A stretch of 64,000 bases of DNA from Phoronis australis (taxonomy: Eukaryota; Animalia; Phoronida), in assembly GCA_002633005.1 (NCBI GenBank), contig NMRA01000182.1, positions 133,077 to 197,076 of the forward strand, given 5' to 3'. The notes under the pieces are model-generated. The model was not told the origin of the DNA. It made no database searches and saw only the letters and a list, made by a program, of their open reading frames with translations. A program made the position numbers and the translations under genes. Shown here piece by piece: positions 26,344 to 39,571 of this stretch (position 1 is its first letter; the number at the start of each line of letters is the position of its first letter).

Positions 26344-28290
26344 GGGTACAGTCTGTTACATTTTTCATACATAAGTAGAAAAGGCAATATGTTTACTATT
26401 AAGGACCTCTGGGGCACTGTCAACAGACATTTCTAATTTATAAGATTCTACAATTCCTTGAGAGACAATGCCTTATTCAAGACTAACGTAAGCTACACAA
26501 GATTAACAAACCTTTAAAATAAATAAACTGACCTCAGGGGTTAAATACTGGGTCTAACAATGCTGTTTGTTGAATACAGCCATTCAAACTGAAACATGGT
26601 GGGAGATTACTTCACTCAAGTTAGAACAGGAGACTTTACAATCCTAGCCTTGTCTCAATTATGAAATGCACCCAACGGAGTGGTCCCCGACCAACAAACT
26701 ACAACCATATCCCAATGACTCCAGGGACAATTAGGCACTCTGGTACAGGGTTCTAAATTAGACCCTGGCATATTTTTTGGCTCAGGGCACACTCAGTGTC
26801 CATGGAAGTACCTCCCAAATGAACAAGCAACTCCAGTTACTTGCCAATACAAATACAACCGTCCATATTAGGTTTTAATAAAATGTTCACAGAATAAAGT
26901 ATTCAGTTTGCTAAAGTGGCCAAACAGACAGCAGTTTCTTCACTAGTGTTGTTCAGCAGTCTACACGAAGGATCTCGTTGTTAGCAAATTCGGTTATTAC
27001 CTCCGATTACTTTGGTGACAACCTCCTGCATTCACAGTACAGAACAACTGGATATTTATCCATCATCTTTAAAGAATAATAACCATCTCATCAACTACTA
27101 GTTGACACTGTAAAGGATTTTGAGCAACAAAACAGATACACACCATAATTGCACTAAAACTCGCACAAGTCAAATCCAACCAGGCTTAGAGATGTCAGCC
27201 GAATAAGGCAAAATCCCGACTTATATGAATGGCTAAGTTTAGGCACTACAACTAAGTATCGTGGAATTTGGTCCCAATTAAGCAAAAACGTGATTTACGC
27301 GTGTCTAACTTATGCGAGTTTTCAGTACACATATGCTCTGATAGTCACGTGAGCATTCATTTCCCACAGAAGCTTCCATGTTCTCTATTCTTAACGTATC
27401 CAGACAGTAAAAACAGGACCCCGTCTTCAATAAGACCGCTTGTCTCCCCTTTCATAATGGTACAGTGAGTATTACAAATAGCGGAGGGGCCTCCCATAGG
27501 AGGGGTGGTAGGAGCATGCCGCCAGCTCGGGGTTTAGCATTGTCTTGGCTGTCTATTTTTCCAGTCGCCAAGGTACTGCATTGACTGAATTTTGAACATG
27601 CGGTAGTACTCCTCCTAACCATCATGTGGAAGAAACACCCTCAGGGTATTATTACATATAAGTCACACATCAAAGCTATCAAGATGTATAACCTCCTAAT
27701 ACGACTCCTCTGAGACAAATCAGTGTTGAGCCACTACACGATTAATAATCAGATATGCTTAATACTGTATTCAAGTCAATCTGTTGTTCTGGACTTGGGA
27801 TAGGACCTCAGGCACATAATACTAGCCATATGCTACATTGTATCAAAAACTGACATTAAAACACCATAAACAAAACAGGTCTAAAAACTACATTCAGTTA
27901 GCCTTCAGAACAATTGACAAAACTCAGAAAATAAGCAAACATCAAAACAGCATTTCAACTCATTCTCTGCTGATTTACGGATTTATCTGTTGCAACATTT
28001 TGTCAATTCGTTTTGACAACTACAGTAACTGGTAACCCACCAAATTTCTTAATTTTGGACAAATAAGAATTGCTGAAGCTGTCGCTTTTCCATCTTCAAA
28101 GGATTGCTATAGTACTGCAAGAGCTCTACATTTTACCAAATGTTCCCTGATAACAACTGTACAGTATAAATAAATTATACTTATTATGAAGCAAAACATG
28201 TTCAATGTTGTGAAATTTGATGAAATATTAAGTAGCCTTGCACATTTCTGCCATACTGTCTCTCTTCCATTAAAGAATCTCTACAGTACG

Positions 28291-28810
28291 TTATTCTTCA
28301 TGGGACACATCAGATGAGGAGACAGATGCAGTCTCTGACTCATTGGAAGACACACAGGTGGAGCTAGTGTGCAGTTCATCATTAACGGACAACTCCCTTT
28401 TACTATTCTCGCTGCCAGGTGTTACTAGAGATACACCACCTGACGGGTCTGTTCCACCATTCACAACAATATCATTTCCCTTATCAACAGTTCCAGAATC
28501 ACCGTTGCCAACGATACAATACTCCCACTCATCCAAACCGTCGTTCCCTTTGTGCAATTCATTTTGTTTATCACAGCTATTTTGCACAGCCTTGGCCCTT
28601 GTGGCTGTCTCTTGATCATCCAGAACCCTGCCAAGTGGGCAGCCTTCCACAGCATGGTCCAGCCACGGGTCACTTAGCCTGTTACCCTCACTATCACGGT
28701 GAGCAGTCTTAAGTCTCCCTTTAGTCTCAATCAGTGCATCATCCATGGGGTTAGTCTTCTTGGCGTTGATCGTTTCTCTGTCCTCCTGTGCAGCTTGAAT
28801 AGCCTCAACC
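28291..28810 (-). CDS. Bud6/AIP3-domain protein, terminal exon
   Basis: CAG acceptor at 28811-28813, phase 2 join (AG+G). Reads VEAIQAAQEDRETINAKKTNPMDDALIETKGRLK followed by a Ser/acidic tail; stop at 28291. Confidence 0.75.
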
Positions 28811-29280
28811 CTGAGCAATAAATGTAACTAGTTAGATGACATGTAACAACACATGAATGGTCTCAACCCTGAGCAATGAATGTAACTAGTTAGATCACAT
28901 GTCTTTTAAGTTGCCATTGTGCTTTGAAATTCCCCCCATTATTTTGTGTGTTTTTTTGCCAATGCAGGACCCCGAATTTTACTAGAAAGTCTTTCAGTGT
29001 GGTGGGGACATGGGCCTCGCCATTTTCCATTCTAGCTGGACAAGGTCTGAAAAATGAGCCCATTTCCCAGTCTAGTGAAGACATCGGGCTCACCATTTTT
29101 CTCAACAAAACTTGAACTCTGATTAAGCTACAAATCATCAATAGTAGCAAGTTCTAAGTGACACCAGCATCAGTTACGACATATAGCATTATTAAAAGTC
29201 AAATCAGATATAACAAAATTTAATGAAAACACACATTACTGTAGGCCAAAAGTTTGCACCAGTGTGCGACAGAAATTCAC

Positions 29281-29367
29281 CTTTGCTGTGAATCTGGTTG
29301 CATAGTGTTAATCTGTTCTAACAGTGCGCTGAGGACGTCTTCTTTGTCAACTTTTCTCTTGGAAAGT
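29281..29367 (-). CDS. Bud6/AIP3-domain protein, internal exon
   Basis: ctttcttttttag acceptor and AG|GTGAAT donor, phase 2-2; LSKRKVDKEDVLSALLEQINTMQPDSQQR. Confidence 0.8.
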
Positions 29368-29405
29368 CTAAAAAAGAAAGACAATTTATTATAGTCACAC
29401 TTGAA

Positions 29406-29843
29406 GATTGAGGTCACTGGCACTAGATTACCAAATGTTTCAAACAGACCGAGGTCACTGGCACTAGATTACCAATATTTCAAGCAGATAAAAGTCACTG
29501 GCACTAAACTACCAATGTTTCAAACAGATTAAGATCACTGCAACTAGATTACCAATGTTTCAAGCAGATAAAAGTCACTGGTACTAGATTACCAATGTTT
29601 CAAGCAGATAAAAGTCACTGGTACTAGATTACCAATGTTTCAAACAGATAAAAGTCACTGGTACTAGATTACCAATGTTTCAAACAGATAAAAGTCACTG
29701 GTACTAGATTACCAATGTTTCAAACAGATAAAAGTAACTGGCACTAAACTACCAATGTTTCAAACAGATTGAGGTCACTGGCACTAAACTACCAATGTTT
29801 CAAACAGATTGAGGTCACTGGCATTACATTACCAAATGTTTCA
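29406..29843. repeat. Intronic minisatellite, 40-bp unit, about 11 copies
   Basis: Unit GATAAAAGTCACTGGTACTAGATTACCAATGTTTCAAACA with variants. Confidence 0.95.
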
Positions 29844-30925
29844 GACTTTTCTGGCAGTTTTTCGCAATTACTGTCAGAGAATAAAAAGGCATGCAGCTTT
29901 GAGATTTTTTTGTACCCAGAACAAAGATTGTGATCCATTTCAATGTAGAACATGTAAAAATCCATTTAATTTGAATTTTAACCATCTTATTCGTCAAACT
30001 TGGGTATGACAACTTTAAGACACACAATGATTAAAAAATACCCCTCTAGGCTAGAATCGCTTACTAAGTGATTCAAATTGTTAGTTTTGACAACTTGAGG
30101 AATTGATGGTGACACCTGAGAGACTGTCGATAAGAGGGAACTAAGAACATTGGTGCAAGAACATTTGGGGTAAAAGAGCATTCTCAGACAAGGAATAAAA
30201 GTAAAATAAAAGACTAAGGTGGCAGTGTGTAATTTAGGAGGCAACTATTAAAACCCTGGGTAGTGCCTAGTAAACAAAGAGAAAGAAAGTTGTTATTATT
30301 TATGGTCCTGGTCAGTTAACTGCCCGTCTGATTCTTGTGAGAATAAAAGTGTCTGCCACAGAAGTTCACAAACAAAACAACTGCCGTCGAGTCAGGTGGC
30401 TGCGTTTAATTAATGATAAGACTAGTAGAGATTAAGTAGACAGAGATCATCATGTTAGAATGTTTTTAGTGGCAGTGTGCAGGTGGCAGTGTTACAACAC
30501 CAGAGGGCACCAGCGTCAACAGTCACCAATCAAAATCTACAGATCTAGAGTTACTCGATTCAGATTAATTACTTATTGCAGCTGAAATCGCCTCCCTGAA
30601 ATGATATGCAAATTGACGCCGCATCAAGTCATACTTGCCACTAAATAAACCAGATTTTGTTTAAATTACAAAAAAATTGACTTATTAGTAATTAAATTGG
30701 ATGGCATCTATGATGGTTTTGATGAACGACTCCAGCTCTTGAACAGCAGTGATCACATGTCAATTAACTGTACTTAGTCACTATACAACACTATTCCAGT
30801 AGACATACAAGGGAGCAAGCCTCTGGGTCACATTTGAAATGCTTTTGGAGGAAAAACAGCTAAAATAATTTAACAATCCATGATATTCATTGAGCCACTT
30901 TACAATAGTGCTTGAGTAAACATAC

Positions 30926-31043
30926 TTGGGAGCTAGTCTTTGGGTGACATCTGTGATAGTTTTTATGAATGGCTCAAGCTGTTGAACAATGGTGATCACA
31001 TGTTCATTTTCTTTACTAAGTCGCATCGTATCATTCAATTGAG
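30926..31043 (-). CDS. Bud6/AIP3-domain protein, internal exon
   Basis: ttacag acceptor and AA|GTATGT donor, phase 1-2; AQLNDTMRLSKENEHVITIVQQLEPFIKTITDVTQRLAP. Confidence 0.8.
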
Positions 31044-32649
31044 CTGTAACAAGACAAATTATAATTAGTGCAAGGAAAAGATGAACATAGTACAGCAAAC
31101 TACTGATGATTAAGTCAAGATTTTGTCAAGACGTTTTAATTAATTCCTCATTTCTCATAGACTCCATATTGATAACACAACGAAAAGGTTTTAAAATTCA
31201 CCAATTACTGGAAATCTTTCAAGAGATATGAGAGATACAGAATAACACACCAGTGCCGAGATGCATGAAACATTCCCAAATAGGGACTCAGCTAAGTTCC
31301 CTACATCTTTTGCATGTTTGTCATTATTTACTCAAAGATGTAATCTTTTACAGTCATTTTATCTTGATTATGAGCTCCCCTCCTTGTCTATTTCTAATGA
31401 GTATAACTAAATACCGAGTTCTTAATTCAATGAACTTAATAAATAGCAATTTAGTCCTGAAATTAGGAACGCTGTATGAAAAGATCTCTACTTATTTTGA
31501 ACAATATTGAGAATTCAATGTAGAATTCATTCTCGACATTTATCAGAGCCGAACAATCAGTATTTTCACAAGTCCACAGATACGCTGTAGATTTAAGGAA
31601 CCATCTTTGGGAAGGTTTCATGTAACCAGGCACAGCAAGGCACCCACGCACCCACGCAAAAGTTACAATAAAACTGCACAAATAACCTAACTGTGATGCG
31701 TGCAGACACTACATTTTCTTACTAAGTAATTGTACTTAAAATGACTAATTTCAGATAGACCACATAAGAATCAAGCTGATATTTGGCATTATGCCAGTTT
31801 TTACAGGTAACAGTAGATTGAGCATAGTTCTAGTTGTCTGCTGTAGAATGGCTATCTACCACTTTGGTTATTCATAAGAAGAGGAGAACAGGATTTTTGT
31901 GTAAACAAAACACACTGTTTTCCGTAAGAATTCACTACTGTATGCAGAAAAACTTGTCAGGTTATTCATATCATTTCGAATAGGCACTTCTTTCATTCTT
32001 CACTATTTACCCACAATGCTCTACTGTTGTAAAGCACTTGCCCCATATTTGTACACTATTGGCACACTAATAATTATTTTCCATTAATGTTAGTTTGCCA
32101 TCAGTCATTAAGATGTCAATAATTTTTACAGATTGTACTGACAGTGAGTGGAAATGGAGACATAAAAAATTTTTGAAACTCTGAGTGAGGATAATAAACT
32201 ACTCTTCACTTGTCCAACTCAGCTCAGATGCAAAGCCTGCTTTGATGTCATGGTAACTGATTTAATTTGTATTAATGAATTATAACAGATCAGAAAATAA
32301 ATAAAGCACAATGTGTATTTAATGTCTATTAACTTTTGAATCACCTCTGAGTTTCCTCACTCAAAACTATCTTCAATACTAGTACACATTCACTGTCCAA
32401 AATTTAGGATATTTTTTCATATCTTAAATGGAAACTAGTGTTACAGAGAGGGGGGACAAAGAGAGAGAGATAGTACTCACTGAACTGAAATTTCATGCTG
32501 ATATTATGACAGGAGGAAAATTTGCTTCATAAAAACTTTCATAAACCAGCAAACTTGCACAAAGTAAAACCTAACACTACTTAAACAGAAATCTGCTAGG
32601 AATGCATTGATTTTAAACACATGATCTTTAATTCACGATATTGGCATAC

Positions 32650-32701
32650 CTTGATAAATCTCTTGCTCATCTGAAATCATCTGACATGTTTCTTCCCAAT
32701 G
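32650..32701 (-). CDS. Bud6/AIP3-domain protein, 52-nt exon
   Basis: tttgcag acceptor and AG|GTATGC donor, phase 0-1; HWEETCQMISDEQEIYQ. Confidence 0.8.
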
Positions 32702-33002
32702 CTGCAAACAAAAAAGTTAAAACACAAACCTCAACAAATATTCGTTATCATCAGTGATCATGACAGTACAAAACAAACAAGCAATCATCTAAACACATGT
32801 AAAAACAATGCCTTAGAATTTCATAAATTACACATCAATAAGCTGGGGCGAGAACATCCTCTTGTAACAAAAAGGATTAGCATGACCTGATTCATTCATA
32901 CAGGTGTAGACTGTCTAGGTAAGTGCTGTATTGTTTGGAAGAATAATCTAATAGTTGACAGGCAGTTACCGCGAATCAGATTAACATGAAAATAGGTTGT
33001 AC

Positions 33003-33188
33003 CTTGTCCAACAGAGGTCTCTTTGTCTCTAGAGTATCCAGGTGACAGGAGAGTTCAGTACCAAATCGCTGGCACTCCTTGACTATTGACTCAAGATTAT
33101 CTTTCTTGACCAAACATCGCCGGAGAGTCAAGTCTCTCTGCAGCTCTTGAACACGGGTTTTCAGTTTTTCAAATTTTTGCATAATCTC
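33003..33188 (-). CDS. Bud6/AIP3-domain protein, coiled-coil exon
   Basis: aacag acceptor and AAG|GTACAA donor, phase 0-0; EIMQKFEKLKTRVQELQRDLTLRRCLVKKDNLESIVKECQRFGTELSCHLDTLETKRPLLDK. Confidence 0.8.
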
Positions 33189-33929
33189 CTGTTCAGGGAA
33201 GTCAACACATGATAAAATTTCACCAGTTCTAGTACAGCAAACAAGTCCAGATTAAAGTAATTGTGTACACATTAATGCAACTTGATTTTGTAGTGTGAAT
33301 ACTGAAAACTTTAGGTCATAGCATGCAGTTTAGATATTCAGAAATTACACGTTACAAACTTTCACATCTGGTTTTCATTTCCCGTGACTTTCCATTATAT
33401 AATTTTGATTTTCCCCACAATTCTTTTTCCTAAAAAACTAACGATTTCTTCAAATGATTGCTCCCAATTAAAAATGAAGTGATGAACTAGCGACATGAGT
33501 TTATCTATATTTCAAAAGTTCAGAGCTTCCCATGAACTTCTTTCCCTTTTTCCATGTTCTACGAGTTTCCCATGCATGAAAAATATTTTTGTCATTCTCC
33601 AGGCCTCCAAGATTTCAGATTTTCAGTGATTGGTTACACCATGTAGTCATCCAAAGCCTGAACAGGCTTCAGGAACAACGTTTTAATGTACGGTAAACTT
33701 TCATCATATTAGAACAAAAATCATGGGCAAAACTGTATTTTATTCAGTTTTTAGACACGCACTGCATTGACAGAAATGTTCAAAATGTCATCCAGTATTT
33801 GTAGATGACAGCCGTATTATATAAAATTTTCAAATGATCTTCTTGTTTACTCTAGTTGAAAATTTGGTAACATAAAATTTTACTGTTTCGCTGTATTGTG
33901 TTCTAAGTTAAATAGCTGAAATCACACAC

Positions 33930-34071
33930 CTTATATTTGCTGTCCACCTCCTTGCAGTGTTCAGCAAATGCACCTCGTGCCTCCACAAACATTACTTTAC
34001 TTGTGCCATTCCTCCGGAAGCCATTAGTGTAACCATAACTACCAAGAGATGGCACTGGTGAGCCTTCCAAC
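33930..34071 (-). CDS. Bud6/AIP3-domain protein, most 5' confidently placed exon
   Basis: tttacag acceptor and AAG|GTGTGT donor, phase 2-0; LEGSPVPSLGSYGYTNGFRRNGTSKVMFVEARGAFAEHCKEVDSKYK. Confidence 0.7.
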
Positions 34072-35555
34072 CTGTAAACAAACATTCGATATGTTAAGTT
34101 TGTTAGCCCTCAAATGACTATATCACTTGATCAGACAAAAGAATATTTCAGTTGTAAATACAACAGAACTACTTGTCACAATGATAATGATAAGGTCTGA
34201 CAACAGGAGTTGGAAAATTAAAATGTTACGCAAGCTGAGTACTCATCTCAGAGAAGAAGATCAGGCAAGAGGAAACAGTATTTTAAGGGCAGCCTAACAT
34301 GCAAAAGAGCCATCTCCCACAGACTAGTGTCCTCTTCTTAGCACATACTGTTTCAGCAGGTCAAAAATGGGCAACTGTTTCATTAAGAAGAATTCATGAA
34401 TAGAATTGCTTTAGTAACCAAACAATCACAATTTTTGATAGCGCGTGCCCTGTATTTCCAATCACTTTATTCACTGTCTCTGGCTCTGGCCCCAGTAGCT
34501 GCCCTCAGCCAACAGGTGTTGTCTGACTGACAGCAGGTATAACGCATAATTACATGCTTACAACTTACAAGCATTCCAATGTGCCCCAATGTAGTCCCCT
34601 TTACTTCCCATAAAATCCTCATCAAATTCTCGACAACAAATAAACAGTTCTCTTCAACATCACAATTTAGTACATTGTACATATTCTTGCAGTGACTTAA
34701 GATGGTGCAAAAACGCCGAGATAGAATTATTTGATTTGTGAATATGCAAGTGCAGATTAAATCAAAGTTTGTTGCGAAGTTCAGTCATTGATAAGAAATC
34801 CTAGGCTTCAAGAATAAAAGAAATGTTAGGAAGGCTTTAATCCAAAAATAACACCTAAGAGTTCTATCAAGATCACAGACACAGTATAAGCATAGAAAAC
34901 AAGTGTTGTCTTGATCTTGCCTCATTTCATGACTAGCGTGATCTAACTTCAGCTCAGCTTTGACTAGGAAATACCACTTCAGCAACATGGCTCAAAAGGC
35001 AGGTTTTCAGTGGCAGGAATGCTTGAATTGTTAATTGAATTTGAATGAAAGTGCATGCAAAGTGCATACAAACTATAAACAGCACAAGTGTTAAGTTTGT
35101 TAAGGACTAGCAAAAATCTTAAAATGTGGCTTTAAAAGCAATGGAATGTCATATTTAAGAAATGACAATTCAGACTCATATGAAACTTTCAGATACTTCA
35201 AAAAAGCACCACAAAATGACCACACGAAAAAAATGGCGATTTCTTCAAAAAGTTTCATATGGTTGGCCTACTTTGATTCTTAGTTCTTGGACTAGCAGTT
35301 TAATATTTCATTGTTGTAAGATGACTGAAAACAAATAAAATACAAAAATAGAACCAGCACTGAGCTATTTGTGGAAAGAAATGTCTGTGGGACCATGTAT
35401 TGCTGCCCAGAAGCGATCGAGCACGTAAACATTATAAAAAGTATATAATACAATGGTTTTGGTTTCAAGTCTATCCAAATATGGGGGCCTAGATATTACT
35501 TGTGGCTTCAGTCACAATGTGAACAGCCAGTGCCAAGCCTGCAGGTAGGTGGTAT

Positions 35556-35770
35556 GAAACTGAAACTTTAAAAAATAATTGTCAAGAAACAGGAAGACGG
35601 TATGTTTCGATAGCAGGGATCACTGTGGTTGTTTTTTTGTTTGATATGAATCACCGGGCATATAAAGGGCAGTTTCATAAGCCATTTACTTAAAGCTGCA
35701 GGACTTCATATGACGCTGATTTGCAGTTTACGAAGCAGTGAAGACAATACCATTACATGCCGAGGTAAGT
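35556..35770 (+). promoter_or_regulatory. Candidate TLR promoter and non-coding first exon (ISRE, TATA, 5' splice donor)
   Basis: GAAACTGAAACT at 35556-35567, TGAATCA at 35647, TATAAA at 35661-35666, and GAG|GTAAGT donor at 35765. Confidence 0.5.
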
Positions 35771-36326
35771 ACTAAACACAGATTTACAATTTCATTTTTA
35801 AAAGTATAATACAACAGTATGACACAGGTGTTTAAGTTGATAAACCAAGTAAGAAACCATGGGTTGTTGTTTTCAATTTCGGGTTTAGAGAAAGTTAAAA
35901 TATTTATTATTGTATCCTTTAAGATCAAATGCCCATCTTGGAATTTCAGAAAATTTTAAATTTAAGAAATCCTGTTTTCATTTGATTTACCGCCCAACCC
36001 ATAAAATTTCAAGTCCCCTGATTTATACACCTTTGAGTTATCCATGCAGGATAACGGTTCTATTTTTATTCTCTCTTAGCCGTTAATTCTTGATCTTGAT
36101 TTACATCAAAAAATGATTCTACAGTACATTGTTATTTCTAATCTTTTTTGAAAACCTTCACTAAAAAGCAGTAATGCTAGAATGTCAATTACTCAATTAG
36201 AAACTGGCTCAGCCATAAATTACCTGTTATCCAAGCTTTGTTATTATAAACAAATTAAGTTACTTGAAAACTTTTCAGCTACTAGCAAATCAGATTCTAA
36301 GCAACCACCCAAGTGTGCATCACAAT

Positions 36327-39300
36327 ATACAAGAGCAATGTGGAGCATTGAAATACACCCAAGAATGCACTGCAAAGAGTGTGCTTCTAGGGACGTTTAT
36401 TTGTGTCCTGAAAATGGCCATTACAAGGCGCAAAATATGTCAAATCATTCCCAAAACGGCAACATGCCATCATTTCTTTAGTAGAAAGCTATTTACCAAA
36501 TTTCGTATCAATCTGTCAAGGAACTTCAGAGAAACAGAGGAAAACGGGAAAAAAATGAAATTGCCACTAGGTGGCACAGCGTTCATCAGATCCTTCTAAA
36601 AGTCATCGTCTGTTGTCAACTTGATAAAAAATACACTTGCTAAATTTAACAAAGATCCTGCAAGAAGATACAGCTAAGGAAACAAAAAACAAAACTGCCA
36701 CTAGATGGCGCCACAGTTATCGAAAAACCAATCGGAAACAGTAAAATGGCCACTAGATGACATGAAATAAGTCAAATCCATCCAAAAACAGGAAGATGTC
36801 ATTTGTTTAATAGAAAGCTATAGTTTCATAGTTATCCATCAAGGAACTTCAGAAAAACAAACTGAAGAAAACGGAAAAAATGAGATTGCCACTAGGGGAC
36901 ACAGCGATCGTCCGTTATGCTTGAAAGTTGTTGTCCATTATCAACTTCATATAACTGCTTTTGTTAAATTTAATATGCCTTGCAATTTACCAGCACTCAC
37001 CCCAAGCCTGTACTAAATACCGGTGAATAAATTGCCATGAACACCAGGCATTTGCATATTTATAATTCCAACCGCCAGAGGCGCTTCTACTCTACAGTTA
37101 GTAATCATACAGTACAATTGAAAATTATGCAAAATAAAACAACTTTCAGTGGCAAGATGCGAATACGTGATGTAGGGGTAACCAACAGCAATCGCTACAT
37201 AGGGTACAATAGCAAGCTACTCTTTGAACATTTCCCAGCTTTAAAATGCCTGCTGTCGTAACACTTAAAATGTTGTTTTTTAATATTTATACAACTTCAC
37301 TATAACACTTCAAAGTTTCCTCATTGTTGTATGTAAAATATACTTCATGGCCAGAGTTCGAAATAATATTTCTCCCAGAAATTTAACGTTTGATTTTACC
37401 ACGCCGCTGGTAATTACCGAAAATATTTTTGTAATTCGTAAGTTCCTTCAGTTGAGAGAAAGTCAACAAACAGCGGTTCACTAGAGTAGCCATTGGAGAA
37501 CGTACAGTAAATTTGATGCCTTGTTTGTCCAAAGTTCATCAGCTAAGTCATAAAACAGTAATTAGCGATTGAAGATACGCATAATTTAAATCGGTCAGCA
37601 AGGCGACCAGTTTGCCGACCCAACTACCGACCGGAAGAGGCAACTCAGCTCACGGCTCCTAGCAGATCATTGCCGAGGGGTTCAGGAGATACAGCTGCGT
37701 ACGCCGGATGGCCAGACAGACAAAGATGACGGCAATATGCACACACATATAACAAGAGCAACGCGGAGTGTTGAAATGCCCCCACAAATGCAGTGCTAAC
37801 GGTGTGCTTTCAAAGATTGTTTATTTATATCATAAAAAAGCCACTAGATGGCACAAACACATCCAATCCATCCGAAACCGGGACATGCCATCACTTCGTT
37901 AGAAAGCTATTTACCAAATTTCATCAAAGTCTGGCAAAGAATTCAAAATGAACAAAAGAAAATGGAAAATATCAAAATGCCACTAGGAGGCAAAGCTTTC
38001 ATTGGATCCACATGTAAGTCATCATAGTCTGTTGTTAGCTTCATATAAATACACTTACTAAATTTAATAAAAATCAAAAGTGGGTTTAAGAGATACAGCT
38101 ATGGGCACAAAACAAAACTACCATTAGAAGGCGCCACAGTAGTCGAAGCCATCATCATCAAATGTCTTCTTCACACTGAGAACATATATGCCAATTATCA
38201 ACATTATCCTTAAAATGTTTTGGTTGATAGAGGATGAAGCCAAAAAACAGACTCAAAAACAGCAAAAATGACCACTAGGTGGCGCAAAATATCTCCATTC
38301 CATCCGAAAACGGGGGAAAGGGTCATCTCACCAAAAGATGCTTATATTCCAAATTTTATGAAAATCCGTTGAGGACCTATGAAGACAGAGGTAAACATAA
38401 AAACTAAAATTGCCACTTGGGGGCACACCGGTAGTCAGATCCCTCCAAAAGTTGTCACTGTCCTTTGTCAACATCATATAAATACACTTGCTAAAATTAG
38501 TAAAGATCATTTAAAAGGGTTAAGGAGATATAGCCATGGGCACATAAAAAAACTGTCACTAAGAGGCATCACAGTAGTTGAAATCATCGGAAAATCGTCG
38601 TCAGCTGTCCTCTTCATAGTAAGAACATACATGCCAATTTTGACAATCATTGTTAGAGCGATTGGGTTGATAGACGGGTGGATTCCAAACAACAGACTTG
38701 AAAACAGTCAAAATGGCCACTAGGTGACACAAAATACATCGGAAGAATCCGAAAATGCTTGGATAACGTCATCTCACCAATAGATGCCTATGTGTCAAGT
38801 CCCAGAAGCCTGGACAAACAGAGATGACGGCAATATGCACCCACATATGAATATGTGGGCGCATAAAAATGAAATTGATGAACCTCAATGGATGCTAAGG
38901 CAATATGTTCATGTTAACTATTTTGATTTGAGAATGAAACAATGATGGTGCTTGTAGAATTGACATGAGACAACATTCAGTTTCTTGACTAGCTTGCCAC
39001 CAGCTCTTTCAGAGTTGACTCATCATGTTATTCAATCTCAACAAAATAGCAACAATTCAGCACAATATTTTGGGCTTAGCTATAAAGGTTTGAGCATTAT
39101 ATCAATTGCCTTCCCACACCATTCAGTCTTTCTAAGTCTGTATGGAAAATTTTTTACCCATTTAGCTCAAAAAATCGGCGACGAATGAAAATTTGTTGAC
39201 GGTCTTTTAAGATACAGAGGAAAAAGTAAAAAACTAAAATTGCCACTAGGTGGCAAACCGGCAATCTGATCCGTTTAAAACTCATCGTCATCTGTAGTCA

Positions 39301-39420
39301 ACTTCACATAAAAACACCTGCAAAATTTAATAAAAATACTGTAGAGCATTTAGGAAGTATAGCCATGGGCCACTAGGTGCCACCACAGTCGTAAAATCAA
39401 CGACAGCTGTCCTGTTCATA
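36327..39420 (+). repeat. Helentron/HINE-like modular repeat array with CCACTAG motifs (interrupted by other decayed inserts)
   Basis: ACAAGAGCAA start; recurring modules TGCCACTAGRNGGC, CCAAATTTYATGAAAATC and GGAGATACAGC; GGAC/AGAC microsatellite-like ends. Confidence 0.7.
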
Positions 39421-39570
39421 GTAAGAACACATACGCACATAAATTCTTGTAAGACTGTTTTACTGCTACCCCTGGAGTCCATCTCTGTTGCCTAATCCCA
39501 AACAAAAGAAGTCAGAAAGGAACTGCGTGGTTACCGGCTATTCAAATCCTGACTACAAGTAAGAAGCCAA
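37109..39570 (+). repeat. Segmental duplication, paralogous to about 52963-56471
   Basis: Shared non-HINE blocks (e.g. GGCAAGATGCGAATAC..., AACCTCAATGGATGC...) in the same order upstream of TLR copies 1 and 3. Confidence 0.85.
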
Positions 39571-39571
39571 T

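Noticed and set aside
29406-29843. CRISPR-like regular repeats
   Set aside because: Contiguous 40-bp units with no unique spacers, inside a eukaryotic intron; it is a minisatellite.
30043-30182. Possible cassette exon in the Bud6-like gene (ORF 29987-30244)
   Set aside because: Requires a rare GAG acceptor and a weak donor; the nearby CAG acceptors give stops in the required phase.
34569-34628. Possible upstream exon of the Bud6-like gene ending in GTAAGT
   Set aside because: Stop codon in the phase needed to join exon 33930-34071, and a GAG acceptor.
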